Below the pieces are notes generated by a model that was not told the origin of the DNA, did not search any database, and saw only the letters and a list, made by a program, of their open reading frames with translations. Shown one piece after another: positions 39,893-50,951 of a stretch of 64,000 nucleotides of DNA. The DNA comes from an uncultured delta proteobacterium (GTDB lineage: Bacteria; Desulfobacterota; Syntrophia; Syntrophales; UBA2185): the NCBI GenBank assembly GCA_963695875.1, contig CAVOID010000004.1, positions 224,001 through 288,000 on the forward strand. The letters are read 5' to 3'. The first letter of the stretch is position 1. Each line of letters begins with the position of its first letter. A program made the position numbers and the translations under genes.

Positions 39893-42608
39893 TTATCTCA
39901 CAACCCGCAGCCGTCTGCGCAAATACACCTTGATTGCCTCCATTGAGACAAAGACAACCGCTCCAAATGCCAGGATTATCCCGATTGTCTGAAAAGTCGG
40001 CATTGTAACGCCAAAAGCTTCGCGGACTGCGGGAATCTGGAGAACCGCGGCGGTCAGTATAAACTGTGAGATGATGGAAACAGTCAGCAACATATGCGGC
40101 GGCGCCTGGAAAACGCTGTACCGCATCGAGCGGAAGTTGAAGGCGATGATCAGTTCGACGATGATGAACAGAAAAAATATCTTGGTCCGCGCATACGTGA
40201 TATCGAACAGATCATGGAAGAAGAGAAAAAAGAAAAAGGGGATTTCGATCAGGAGCGCCATGGCAATGAACACTTTGACGTCCCATGAAAAAACGCTCTC
40301 TCTCGGATCGCGCGGAGGCCGTTGCATAATGTCGGGATCGGGCGGCGCAACGCCGAGTGCAAGCGCCGGCAAGCCGTCAGTGACGAGATTGATATACAGA
40401 ATGGCCGCAGGCAGCATCGGCAGGTATTCCGCTCCCATTATGACTACAACCCCGCCTATGACGACGACTTCGGTGATGTTGCACCTAAGCAGATAGGTCA
40501 GATACTTTTTGATATTATCGTAAATCCAGCGCCCCCGTTCGATTGCGCTGACGATCGTCGCGAAGTTATCATCGCTTAATACCATATCTGCAGCCTCTTT
40601 CGCGACTTCCGTGCCCGTGATTCCCATTGCAATGCCGATATCCGCCTGCTTCAGGGCCGGCGCATCGTTGACCCCATCGCCTGTCATGGCAACGACTTCT
40701 CCCCGTTTTTTCCACGCCTTTACGATCTTGAGTTTATCCATCGGTGAAACGCGTGCGTACACGCTCACCTTGTCGACGATCCGCTCGAATTCGTCATCAG
40801 ATATCCCCTTGAGGTCTTCACCAGTAAGCACAAGATCGCCTTCGGCATAAAAGCCGATTTCTCTTGCTATCGACAACGCCGTCAGTTTGTGATCGCCGGT
40901 TATCATGACCGGCCGGATGTGCACCTGTTTGCAGATGCGTGTTGCCTCGATCGCCTCTTCACGCGGCGGGTCCATCATGCCGACCAATCCGAGAAATATG
41001 AGGCCATGCTCAACGGCGTCCTCGCTGCAGCTTGCCTCATCAGGAACCACGCCGTACGCAATACCGAGGACGCGGAGCGCGTCCTTCGCCATTGTCTCAT
41101 TCGCGGCAAGAATGGTGTTATGATCCTCTGTGCCGATGGGTTGCATGGTTTCGCCATGCATGATTTTGGAGCAGCGCTCAAGGACAACTTCCGGTGCGCC
41201 TTTCATGAACGCCATCAGCGTGTCATCCTGCATCCTGTGGATCGTTGTCATGCGCTTCCGCTCAGAGCTGAAAGGCACTTCCTCGACGCGTTTGTTTCTG
41301 ATCCGCAAATCACTCTGGTTCATGCCGGCCTTTACCGCGGCAACGATCAGGGCACCCTCCGTCGGGTCGCCCTTGATCGTTCCTTTCCCGTCCCGGTGCT
41401 CGAGGAAAGCGTCATTGCAGAGGACGCCTGCACGCAGTAAGAGTTCCAGTGACGGAATAGTGCCGGGAGAAACCTGCATAGCATTACGATCCTTGAAATT
41501 ACCTTCCGGTACATAGCCGGCGCCGGAAATGTCAAAGAATTTCTTGTCTGTATAGATTTGCCTGACAGTCATTTCTCCTTTCGTAAGTGTCCCGGTCTTG
41601 TCGCAACAGATGACCGTTGTGCAGCCAAGAGTCTCGACTGCAGGCATCTTCCGCACAAGGGCGTTGCGCTTTGCCATCTGGTGCATGCCGATGGCAAGTG
41701 CACCGGTGACAATCGCTGCCAGCGCCTCGGGTACGGCGGCAACGGCAAGGGAAACCGCAAACATCACCATTGAAACGAGGAAGGCGAAATCGATAGTGCC
41801 GGTAAAGGCCTCGCGCGTGATGCTGATTCCCGCAACCAGGAAACAGATAGCAAATGAGATAATGCCGAGCCATTTGCCGATCTCTTCGGTCCGTTTTTCG
41901 AGGGGCGTCTTTTCGGTCTCCACGATGGCCACCTCTTCCGCAATCTTGCCAAACTCAGTCCGCATACCGGTTGCGGTAACGACTGCCTTTGCCCTTCCGT
42001 AACTGACCGTTGTCCCGGTGAAAACCATGTTTTTGCGGTCGCCAAGCCCAGATTTGCTCCGGTAGACGGGCGGTATGCTTGCCGATCGGAAGCGATTCCC
42101 CGGTCAGCGGTGCCTCGTCGCACTTGAATGAATGTGTTTCGATCAGCCGCGCATCTGCAGGTATGCGGTCTCCCGCTTCGAGCAGAAGGATGTCGCCTGG
42201 AACAAGGTCTTTGGACGGCACCTCGGTTTCGTTACCGTCACGGAGCACAGTGATTGCCGGCGAGAGCATATTTTTCAGTGCTTCGAGTGCGCGTTCTGCA
42301 CGATATTCTTGGATAAAGCCGAGGACGGCACAGAAAATCACGATTACGAAGATAAGGGCGGCGTCGAGATGTTCACCGACCAATGCGGAAAGCACGGTTG
42401 CGATAAGGAGGATAATGATCAGAATATTCCTAAACTGATTAAGAAAGAGTGCATATGGCGATACCCGTTCTTCTTTTCTCAGTTCATTGAAACCGCATAT
42501 TTTAAGTCTTTCCGCAACGATGTCCTCGGCGAGCCCATGATCTACATCGGTTTCGAGAAGCTCAAGGACTCTATCACTATTCAGAGCGTGCCACATGTGT
42601 CGCGTCAT
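39893..42608 (-). CDS. Cation-transporting P-type ATPase (type IIA, Ca2+-like); frameshift near 42045
   Basis: LTGES, VAAVPEAL, DKTGTLT, KGAPE, MITGD, TGDGVNDAPAL, NLVTDG. Confidence 0.92.
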
Positions 42609-42857
42609 GAATCCCTCCGACTGTTTCGCATAATAAATGGCGCTCCGGTTTTATTATCATAATACAGAGAGCAAATCTACGGGCTGAAAAAAGAACTCGA
42701 CATGTCACGCGAAACGGGCTGCGAAAAGGGGTAAAACGGGCATGAGTAAGAAACATTGTATTAGGATACTCGGCCGTCAGAGTAATCAATGATGACATGA
42801 AGAAGAACCTTAAAATAAACCGTCCCATGTAACATTTGATATGAAATGAGTTAGTTT

Positions 42858-42995
42858 ATGGAAATAATCAGGGCGTTGATTGTTGACGATAATTTTATGA
42901 TTGCAATAGTAAAATCGATAATGACGGAGGCTGTGGAAGGTTTCCAAGTCGTTAAAATTTCAAATAGCGTAAGTAAAGCAATGGACGTTCAATAG
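42858..42995 (+). pseudogene. Receiver-domain remnant
   Basis: MEIIRALIVDDNFMIAIVKSIM..VEGFQVV, then a stop. Confidence 0.4.
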
Positions 42996-43272
42996 TCTTT
43001 TCGATGAGTTGATATTTGTTCTTGACTAGTTCATCAAATTATTTCATCATTTATATTAAACAGAAGTAAATTTTAAAGGTATTTACCAGGGACCTCCAAA
43101 GTATCAGTTATTAGGACATTGTCAAGAACTCCAAAAGGCAGATGATATGAGGGTCTTAGCCTTCGATGGCAACCATAATCATAGACGACTTTTTGTTAAA
43201 AGGGATGGGACGCCTTCCATCAAATTAGAAAATCCGGCAAAGGTATTAGTGCACAAAAAAGGAGGTGGAAAT

Positions 43273-43564
43273 ATGATAAGAGTAATGATTGAAAGACAGT
43301 GCCAGCCTGGCAAAGAGAAGCAACTCCGGGATCTTATGCTGGAATTGAGATCGGCTGCAATGCGGCAGCGCGGCTACATTACAGGTGAGACGCTTCGTGA
43401 TAGCGGATAATCCCTTCGTCTTCATGGTCATCAGCACGTGGATCACCCTTGAGGCCTGGAAAGTATGGCAGACGTCCAGACAGCGTCTGTTAATAGAGGA
43501 GATGATGGAACCTCTCATCAAGGAGTCCAGGAAGGTACGTGTTTTCACTGAGGATTATGATTAA
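43273..43564 (+). CDS. Antibiotic biosynthesis monooxygenase (ABM) family protein; frameshift near 43403
   Basis: MIRVMIER...PGKE...GYITGETL / DNP..FMVISTW.TLEAWK.W..S..R. Confidence 0.8.
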
Positions 43565-43644
43565 TGATCAGCAGCTATGTGCTGTATTGTTGATCATTAC
43601 GAAAACCGGAGTGGTATAAATCCGTGAAGAATAAGGGGGATACT

Positions 43645-43930
43645 ATGTCCACGTTTTTTATGCTGGGCAAATATTCGTCTGAAGCACTGAAGGGAATAAG
43701 CTCAGGTCGAACAGACAAAGCCCTTGAAACTTATAAATAAGTTTGGTGGTGAAGTAAAGTCAATGTATGCGTTGCTGGGAGAAGTAGATCTTGTTTTTAT
43801 TCTAACCTTTCCGGATGTGGAAAAGGCAATGCAGGCTTCCGTTGCCCTGAATAAGCTGACAGGGATTTCCTTTACCACACTGCCTGCGGTAACAGTGAAA
43901 GAATTTGATAAAGTGATGTCCAAGGTTTAA
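43645..43930 (+). CDS. GYD-domain family protein; frameshift near 43722
   Basis: MSTFFMLGKYS.EA..G / GGEVKSMYALLGEVDLV...TTLPA. Confidence 0.8.
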
Positions 43931-44013
43931 CGGAGGTCTTTCATTAATAACCTCCATAATCCGTTAGTCCTTTATTGGTGATTTAAACACTATACAGAAA
44001 AGGAGGGGTTATT

Positions 44014-44223
44014 ATGTCGGTATACAGTATTATTGAAATTGTAGGAACAAGTCCGAAGTCCTGGGAAGATGCTGCCAAAAACGCATTGGCAACTGCTTCC
44101 AGGACACTTGAAGATCTCAGAATTGCAGAGGTTGTAAAGCAGGATGTTACTGTTGAAAATGGGAAAATAACATCCTTCAGGGTAAGGCTCAATATCTCAT
44201 TCAAGTATCGTGAAGGTGCCTGA
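44014..44223 (+). CDS. Dodecin family flavin-binding protein
   Basis: VYSIIEIVGTS..SWEDAA..A...A...L. Confidence 0.9.
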   Translation: MSVYSIIEIVGTSPKSWEDAAKNALATASRTLEDLRIAEVVKQDVTVENGKITSFRVRLNISFKYREGA

Positions 44224-44256
44224 ACGTTTAGGTAGAACTCAAAAACTATTCCGTAC

Positions 44257-44280
44257 GGAGGGGTCGAAAGACCCCTCTTC
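44257..44280 (+). terminator. Hairpin/terminator after dodecin
   Basis: GAGGGGTC-GAAA-GACCCCTC. Confidence 0.55.
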
Positions 44281-44417
44281 GCTTATAGAATCGTTTCCCG
44301 GAATGTTAATTCTCGAGAATATTATCTTCGGGTCTTCGTTTGAAAAACAATTAAAATTATCTATTTAATTAATACCTTCCGTTTCCTCTCCGAAGCCCCA
44401 ATCTATTATAACTTATT

Positions 44418-44436
44418 AATCAGAAAATAGTTGACA
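44418..44436 (+). promoter_or_regulatory. -35 region of the mutase operon promoter, identical to 35158-35176
   Basis: AATCAGAAAATAGTTGACA. Confidence 0.45.
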
Positions 44437-44616
44437 GAAAAGCATTTGGATGATAGGAAGGACACGCTAAAAACCCATTCGCCCACCAATATAGAAACCT
44501 TTGGATAACGGCAGATTTGCCGGGAAGATTGTAGTGCAGGTGTATTATTTTATTTATTTTGCGGAAGGGTTCTTATTTAAAGGTTTCCTATTGACAATAT
44601 CTTCAGGAGGTAGACT

Positions 44617-46296
44617 ATGTTTAACGAGAAGGATTTGGAAAAGATCAAAGCCGGGAAAAAGAAATGGTCGGAAGGGACTCTGGCGAAGACCTTGAGTAAA
44701 GCCCCTGAAAAGAAGGCTAAAACCACCTGGTCTGGAATCCCTGTCGAGACTCTCTATACCCCGGCGGAAATTACCGGTCTGGATTATGAGAGCAAACTCG
44801 GCTATCCCGGTGAGTATCCGTATACCCGCGGTGTCCAGCCCAACATGTTTCGGGGCAGGTTCTGGACCATGCGTCAGTATGCCGGATTCGGTAGTGCCAA
44901 GGAAACGAACGCCCGTTACCGCTACCTGTTAGGTCAGGGGCAGACGGGATTGAGCGTGGCCTTTCACCTTCCCACCCAGGCGGGCTATGACAGCGATCAT
45001 CCCCTGTCCATGGGTGAGGTAGGAAAGGTCGGCGCCGCCATCGATCATATCGGCGATATGCGCATTCTTTTTGACCAGATTCCTCTGGACAAGGTTACGA
45101 CGTCAATGACCGTCAACGCCGCAGCGACGGCGCTTCTGGGCATGTACCTGTCCGTTGCCGAAGAACAGGGTGCGAAATATGATCAACTGGGTGGAACCAT
45201 ACAGAACGACGTTCTCAAGGAAATCATCTGCCGTGGTCAGTATATCTATCCCCCCAAGCCGACCATGCGCCTCACCGTCGACTTGATCGAGTTCTGTCAG
45301 AAATACGTTCCCCGGTGGAACAGCATCAGCATCAGCGGTTACCACATCCGCGAATCAGGCTCCACGGCCGCTCAGGAAATGGCTTTCACCATCGCCGATG
45401 GAATCGCCTACGCTGAAGCCTGCGCAGCAAGAGGCATCCCCGTAGATTCCTTTGCGCCACGGCTCTCTTTCTTCTTCAACGCCTTCACCGACGTTCTGGA
45501 AGAAGTAGCAAAATTCCGCGCAGCAAGGCGCGTTTGGGCAAAAGTCATGAAGGATAGATTCAAGGCCAAAGATCCCCGGTCCATGATGCTTCGTTACCAT
45601 GTGCAGACCGGTGGCGTTACCCTGACGGCACAGCAGCCGCTGAACAACATCGTCAGGGTTGCCCTTCAGACATTCGCCACCGCTTTGGGCGGGCACCAGT
45701 CCCTCCATACGAACTCGTATGACGAGGCCCTGTGTCTCCCCACTCAGGGCGCAGTGACCGTCGCCCTGCGAACGCAGCAGATTATTGCCGAGGAGAGCGG
45801 CGCCTGCGTGACCGTCGATCCTCTGGCCGGATCTTATTATGTCGAGTACCTGACCGACAAGATCGAAGCGGAAATCGAAGATTACATCAAGAAGATTGAC
45901 GCCATGGGTGGAACCCTGACGGCAATCGAGCAGGGATACATTCAGAAGGAAATTCAGAACAGCGCTTACCTGTTCCAGAAATCGATTGACTCCGGTGAAC
46001 GGGCATACGTAGGGGTTAACAAGTATACCATGGAGGAACCCCCTGTAACGGATCTCCTCAGAGTGGATATGAAGGTTGGCGAAGAAAAAGCCAAGGAATT
46101 GAAGCAATGGAGAGCCAAGCGAGATAACGCCGCCTGGAAGAAAGCCCTGGATAAACTGCGTGAAGTCTCGAAGACAGATACGAACGTAATGCCGACTGTT
46201 ATTGAGGCAGTAAAGGCCGGGGCCACCGTCGGTGAAGTGTGTGATGTGTGGCGCGATGTATTCGGGCAGTATCGACCCAAGGAATTTATTTCATGA
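44617..46296 (+). CDS. Methylmalonyl-CoA mutase family, substrate-binding large subunit
   Basis: PGEYPYTRG, WTMRQYAGF, GTIQND, SISGYHIRE, SLHTNSYDEAL. Confidence 0.95.
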   Translation: MFNEKDLEKIKAGKKKWSEGTLAKTLSKAPEKKAKTTWSGIPVETLYTPAEITGLDYESKLGYPGEYPYTRGVQPNMFRGRFWTMRQYAGFGSAKETNARYRYLLGQGQTGLSVAFHLPTQAGYDSDHPLSMGEVGKVGAAIDHIGDMRILFDQIPLDKVTTSMTVNAAATALLGMYLSVAEEQGAKYDQLGGTIQNDVLKEIICRGQYIYPPKPTMRLTVDLIEFCQKYVPRWNSISISGYHIRESGSTAAQEMAFTIADGIAYAEACAARGIPVDSFAPRLSFFFNAFTDVLEEVAKFRAARRVWAKVMKDRFKAKDPRSMMLRYHVQTGGVTLTAQQPLNNIVRVALQTFATALGGHQSLHTNSYDEALCLPTQGAVTVALRTQQIIAEESGACVTVDPLAGSYYVEYLTDKIEAEIEDYIKKIDAMGGTLTAIEQGYIQKEIQNSAYLFQKSIDSGERAYVGVNKYTMEEPPVTDLLRVDMKVGEEKAKELKQWRAKRDNAAWKKALDKLREVSKTDTNVMPTVIEAVKAGATVGEVCDVWRDVFGQYRPKEFIS

Positions 46297-46315
46297 TGTG
46301 TGGAGGTGACTTACA

Positions 46316-46717
46316 ATGGCAGAAAAGAAGATAAAAATTATCGTTGCAAAACCCGGGTTGGATGGCCATGATCGTGGGGCCAAACTCCTTTCCCGTATCT
46401 TTGCTGAGGCCGGTATGGAAGTCGTCTACACCGGATTACGGCAGACACCGGAAATGATTGTTGAAGCTGCTCTTCAGGAAGACGCTGATGTCGTTGGTCT
46501 GAGCAGCCTTTCGGGTGTCCATAACTACTTCTTTCCGAAGGTGGTCGATCTGCTGAAGGCAAAGAAGCTTGCCAATGTCCTGGTAGTCGGCGGTGGAATC
46601 ATTCCCTTGGAAGACATCCCCGAATTGAAGAAGGCGGGAATTGCCGAAATCTTCGGACCGGGAACATCGACGGAAGTTATTGTTGATTTTATTAAATCAA
46701 ACGTCAAGGCCAAATAA
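46316..46717 (+). CDS. Cobalamin-binding small subunit of acyl-CoA mutase
   Basis: [10 protein letters not shown] (DxHxxG), SSLSG, GGGII. Confidence 0.95.
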   Translation: MAEKKIKIIVAKPGLDGHDRGAKLLSRIFAEAGMEVVYTGLRQTPEMIVEAALQEDADVVGLSSLSGVHNYFFPKVVDLLKAKKLANVLVVGGGIIPLEDIPELKKAGIAEIFGPGTSTEVIVDFIKSNVKAK

Positions 46718-46762
46718 TAAGACACACTGTTCTATAGCGTGCCGGTTAAATTCTTGAAATAA

Positions 46763-46797
46763 GCAGGGGAGGTTGCGACTTACCTCCCCTGCCTTTC
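46763..46797 (+). terminator. Strong hairpin between the mutase small subunit and meaB
   Basis: GCAGGGGAGGT-N8-ACCTCCCCTGC followed by CTTTC. Confidence 0.55.
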
Positions 46798-46853
46798 AAT
46801 AATCGTAACCGGATGTCCGCTTTGGATGCCGGTTATTAAACTGAACAGGAACC

Positions 46854-47824
46854 ATGACAACTAATTATGCAAATGACATCCTTCAGGGTATACCGCTGGC
46901 CGTGTCACGTGTGATCACCTGGCTTGAAAATGAGGATGAGCGGGCCCGTCCCACCATGGAGGAGATTTACCCTCACACCGGAAATGCCTATATTTTGGGA
47001 ATTACAGGATCTCCCGGTACCGGTAAAAGCACCCTCACGGACGGGGTGACCTGGCAAATGCGTCAGAGAAATCTTACCGTGGGAATCGTCGCCGTCGATC
47101 CATCAAGTCCTTTCACAGGCGGAGCTTTGCTGGGGGACCGGATTCGTATGACACGCCATAGTGCAGGATTCGGGTGTTTTCATGCGCAGTATGGCTACAC
47201 GCGGCGCTCTGGGTGGTCTTGCTCAGTTTACGCAGGGAGCGACGAAGGTATTGGATGCTTCGGGGAAGGATGTCGTCATCATCGAGACTGTCGGAGTGGG
47301 GCAGGACGAAGTGGATATCATGCGCGTTGCCGATACCACATGCGTCGTGCTGGTTCCGGGCCTGGGTGACGTGATCCAGAGCATGAAAGCGGGAATAATG
47401 GAAATTGCGGACATCTACGTCGTTAATAAATCCGACCGTCCTGGGAGCTGACCAGCTCTACTCTGAGGTGATGTACCGGGTAGAACAGGACGTGCATATG
47501 AAAGGCCGGAAATGGGTGCCGCCGGTAATCAAAACAATAGCTGTGGAGGGAAAGGGAGAGGATGTACTCCTGGATGCCATTATGACCCATCATAAGTATC
47601 TGGTAAATTCCGGCGATCTTTTAGTGAAAAGACGCGAACGCACACGCCAGGAAACCCTGCAGATGATTCACCATGAGCTCTTCTGCCAGATTCAGGCCCG
47701 TCTCTGTGAAGATAACCAAATAGAAAAAATGGTAGAAGCAATTATGGACCACAAGTTAAATCCATACAACGTCGTAGAACAAGTTGTCAGCAAGTGGCTC
47801 CCCTCATTAAAAAAGGGTAGATAG
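46854..47824 (+). CDS. meaB: Mutase-associated GTPase MeaB; frameshifts near 47160 and 47445
   Basis: GITGSPGTGKST, AVDPSSPFTGGALLGDRIRM, RSMATRG.LGG, ETVGVGQDE, VNKSD. Confidence 0.9.
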
Positions 47825-47997
47825 TTTCTGGCTTATCTTAGCCCATCAACATCATCATAAGTAAAAATCTATTTCTCAGCTTTTTTCTGCAAATATTATT
47901 TAATCACACATAAAAATTTGTTTATTAGATAATTTTATGCTATAAACAAAATATATTCTTAGAATTAGAGATTATCGAAACATCGAGAGATCATTAA

Positions 47998-48492
47998 ATG
48001 AGAAAAGATAGTCTTATTTGTTTTCGCCTGAGTAAGAATTTGCGTGAATCCCTTGCCAAGGTAGCTCAAGAAGAAAGGCGGTCTTTATCATCGGCGATTG
48101 AAATCATACTCACCAATTATGTGAAGGAAAAAAAGGTATTTAAAGGTATCAAGAAAGAAAAGCGTCAGTTTCCGAGAAAAGCCATCTCTGTCCCGGCTTT
48201 TATCAGCCAACACAATTCAGGAGAAACAAAGTTACATGCAGGAACGATAACGGATATATCCCTTAATGGTGCCCGCATTTCAATTCCCCGGGATGTTCCA
48301 TGCGAGATGTCAGTCGATCAGGATAAATCCAAATTTGAAATTATTTTCACGTTACCTGATGAGAAGAGGCCGATACACTTAATCTGTGAGCCGCGCAGAA
48401 TAGTAGATTCCAAAGAAATTATCCAGGTCGGAGCATCCTTTGTCGATGCCGATTTTCATAGCTATAAGGCACTTCAAACCTACCTGATGTGA
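47998..48492 (+). CDS. Ribbon-helix-helix plus PilZ domain protein
   Basis: N-terminal ICFRLSKNLRESL..VA.EERRSLSS (CopG-like); PilZ motifs RQFPR and DISLNG. Confidence 0.75.
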   Translation: MRKDSLICFRLSKNLRESLAKVAQEERRSLSSAIEIILTNYVKEKKVFKGIKKEKRQFPRKAISVPAFISQHNSGETKLHAGTITDISLNGARISIPRDVPCEMSVDQDKSKFEIIFTLPDEKRPIHLICEPRRIVDSKEIIQVGASFVDADFHSYKALQTYLM

Positions 48493-48612
48493 CATACTCA
48501 TCTCACGCATGTCTTTGAAACATCAGGACCACACTACTCCTATACATCATATCAGCAATTCATTTGTAATGTTCATATTTATGCCTGTCTTTCAACTAAC
48601 CTTTATCAGGGA

Positions 48613-49017
48613 GTGATCATGAAGCGAAAAAAATCAATGGATATGGCTGAAAATGTAGTGGATCTCAAGGGAATCATGGACCAGAAAAAAATAAATGATT
48701 TGTGTGACCTGGATTATAATGAATTCAAATTTGCCGTTATCCGATTGCTTTTAAGTATGGTTGACGCTATGGGGGAAAATAACAAAAAAATAGACAAATC
48801 TTTCAAAAGGTTGATAGAACATCTCAATATCTTAAGTGAGGAACTGAAATTTATTAAACGCGTGCTTTATATGGAAAGGATATTAAACGGTGAACATAGA
48901 GATGGTCGTATGACTATGGAGCAAAAAGCATCTTTGGCAAATTCTTTCGGGATTGATTTTGATGAATTTATCAAAGAGCTTTCGCGAAAAAGCGCCACCA
49001 GGAAGGGCGGCAAATGA
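48613..49017 (+). CDS. Hypothetical helical protein
   Basis: 134-aa ORF with an RBS-like AGGGAG; no motif recognised. Confidence 0.55.
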   Translation: MIMKRKKSMDMAENVVDLKGIMDQKKINDLCDLDYNEFKFAVIRLLLSMVDAMGENNKKIDKSFKRLIEHLNILSEELKFIKRVLYMERILNGEHRDGRMTMEQKASLANSFGIDFDEFIKELSRKSATRKGGK

Positions 49018-49238
49018 TATAATTAACTCTGCATCTACTTAGTAATAGACAAATGCGGGCAACTGATATAGATTTAATCTAATAACCTCAGCATGATGAA
49101 AAATAGCTAGCCGTGAGAACGTGTTATCTTCCGTCGCTATTGAAACGGCAAAACACATACTCCTTTCGATGTCGTGCCATTCTTGTTGCCGGCGCCCCGT
49201 CCGGCCTGCTGACACAAGAGGAAAATAAATTCTAACCT

Positions 49239-50114
49239 ATGGACGATCGACTTATCCCCTCTGCCAATCCGCCTCCGTCGAAAATAGAGCCGGCGTGGTG
49301 GTTCGTGTTTGCGGCACACAGAATGGCAGTCCTGGAGGAGGGGGAGATAACCTCCATCCCTTTTGTAAGAGACCTTTCTGACCTCGGAATGCGTCCTGTC
49401 AGGGAGTGGTATCTTGGAACCCTGGCGGGGTGTCATTGCTATTGCGCCGAGGTATCTGAAATAATCACTATTCCCGAAATGATGGTCCTTCGCGGTTTAA
49501 GGTATCTTTATGGACGCCTTGATGAGTCCTTCCACATGGCAGCAATGAAGGCGTCACATATGCTTGAATGGGACAGAACCAGTCATTATTGCGGCCGTTG
49601 CGGAGCAGGAATGATTCGTACGAAGGGAATGAACGCCAAAGAATGCCTGGATTGCGGTTTTTTGAACTTTCCCCGCATTTCACCTGCCGTCATCGTTCTT
49701 GTGGAAAAGGAAAACAGGGTACTTCTGGCCCGCTTGAAACGATTCACCGAGGAGTTATACAGCGTCATCGCAGGCTTTGTCGAACCAGGCGAAACACTCG
49801 AAGAGACTGTTCAGCGTGAGATTGAAGAAGAAGTCGGCATCAGGGTGAAGAACATTCGCTATTTTGGAAGCCAGCCTTGGCCTTTTCCCGATTCCCTTAT
49901 GATCGGCTTTACCGCAGAATATGAAAGCGGCGAGATCAGGATTGACGAAACGGAAATCACGGATGCGCGCTGGTTCGAGCCCGACAGCCTTCCGACCATT
50001 CCAGGGAAAATCAGTATCGCGAGAAAGCTCATTGACTGGTTTGTAGATAAAAGCCTGAGGGAAAAAGATAAAGCGGCGCTAAAGACGGAGAGAAGATACA
50101 AACCCGATGAGTGA
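49239..50114 (+). CDS. nudC: NAD(H) diphosphatase NudC
   Basis: CGRCG...CLDC zinc ribbon, Nudix box GFVEPGETLEETVQREIEEEVG, SQPWPFP. Confidence 0.95.
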   Translation: MDDRLIPSANPPPSKIEPAWWFVFAAHRMAVLEEGEITSIPFVRDLSDLGMRPVREWYLGTLAGCHCYCAEVSEIITIPEMMVLRGLRYLYGRLDESFHMAAMKASHMLEWDRTSHYCGRCGAGMIRTKGMNAKECLDCGFLNFPRISPAVIVLVEKENRVLLARLKRFTEELYSVIAGFVEPGETLEETVQREIEEEVGIRVKNIRYFGSQPWPFPDSLMIGFTAEYESGEIRIDETEITDARWFEPDSLPTIPGKISIARKLIDWFVDKSLREKDKAALKTERRYKPDE

Positions 50115-50255
50115 TTTCGTGAAGATGGCAGTATCTGCTGTCCTGTCATCCCAAACTATTGCCCCGGTATTATGCCCAGTATCTTTTAATCATTCCCCTT
50201 CACGACCGCTACCTTGCCGGAGCATGATATTAGACTCAGGTATATCGTGGCTATC

Positions 50256-50912
50256 TCACAACGCGTGTTGCATAACCAATATTTCCGGTTCTTCTGGGAG
50301 AGATTCCTTGGTGATCTCCAGTTCTGATTCACGCAAAGTTCGAACGTTTTTCTTACCCTTCGTGAACTCATGCACCGTTGTAATCGGGAAGCTGCATTTC
50401 TCGGTCCTGTAATGCATCGGTATCGTGACTTTCGGATTTATGTCATTCATAATTTTTGTAGCCGCCGCGGCATCGACAGTGTAAAAACCTCCAACGGGCA
50501 ACAGCAGGATATCGACCGCGCCGATTATCCTTAATATTTCCCGGCCCGGATCATGCCCAAGATCCCCCAGGTGAGCCAATGTCAATCCATCAGCTGCAAT
50601 CACCGAAATCAGATTATTGCCCCTTTCTTTTCCTTTGGAAGAGTCGTGAAAAGTTGTGATTAACTTAATCTTTAAGTTCCTTATCTCATAATTGCCTTCC
50701 GCTCTTATATGATCGTATTTCCCCCGGATGTCTTTCACATAGTTGTGGTCTCCATGATCATGGCTTGTGATTACAATATCAGCTTCGTCGGCAATTTCGC
50801 CATAGGATAAAGAACCACCGGAAAAGCCGGACTGATAAGGGTCAATGATAATCCTGGTCCCATCATCCGTTGTTATCTTAAACGCGGCATGCCCGTACCA
50901 TTCTATATGCAT
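50256..50912 (-). CDS. MBL-fold metallo-hydrolase (UlaG-like)
   Basis: WYGHA, DPY, SHDHGDH, HLGDLGH, IPMHY. Confidence 0.9.
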   Translation of the reverse strand: MHIEWYGHAAFKITTDDGTRIIIDPYQSGFSGGSLSYGEIADEADIVITSHDHGDHNYVKDIRGKYDHIRAEGNYEIRNLKIKLITTFHDSSKGKERGNNLISVIAADGLTLAHLGDLGHDPGREILRIIGAVDILLLPVGGFYTVDAAAATKIMNDINPKVTIPMHYRTEKCSFPITTVHEFTKGKKNVRTLRESELEITKESLPEEPEILVMQHAL

Positions 50913-50951
50913 AGACCTTTCTCCTCTCTTACTATGGATCCTGTCTTTCCC

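Noticed and set aside
45355..46107. 250-aa minus-strand ORF
   Set aside because: Antisense shadow of the mutase gene
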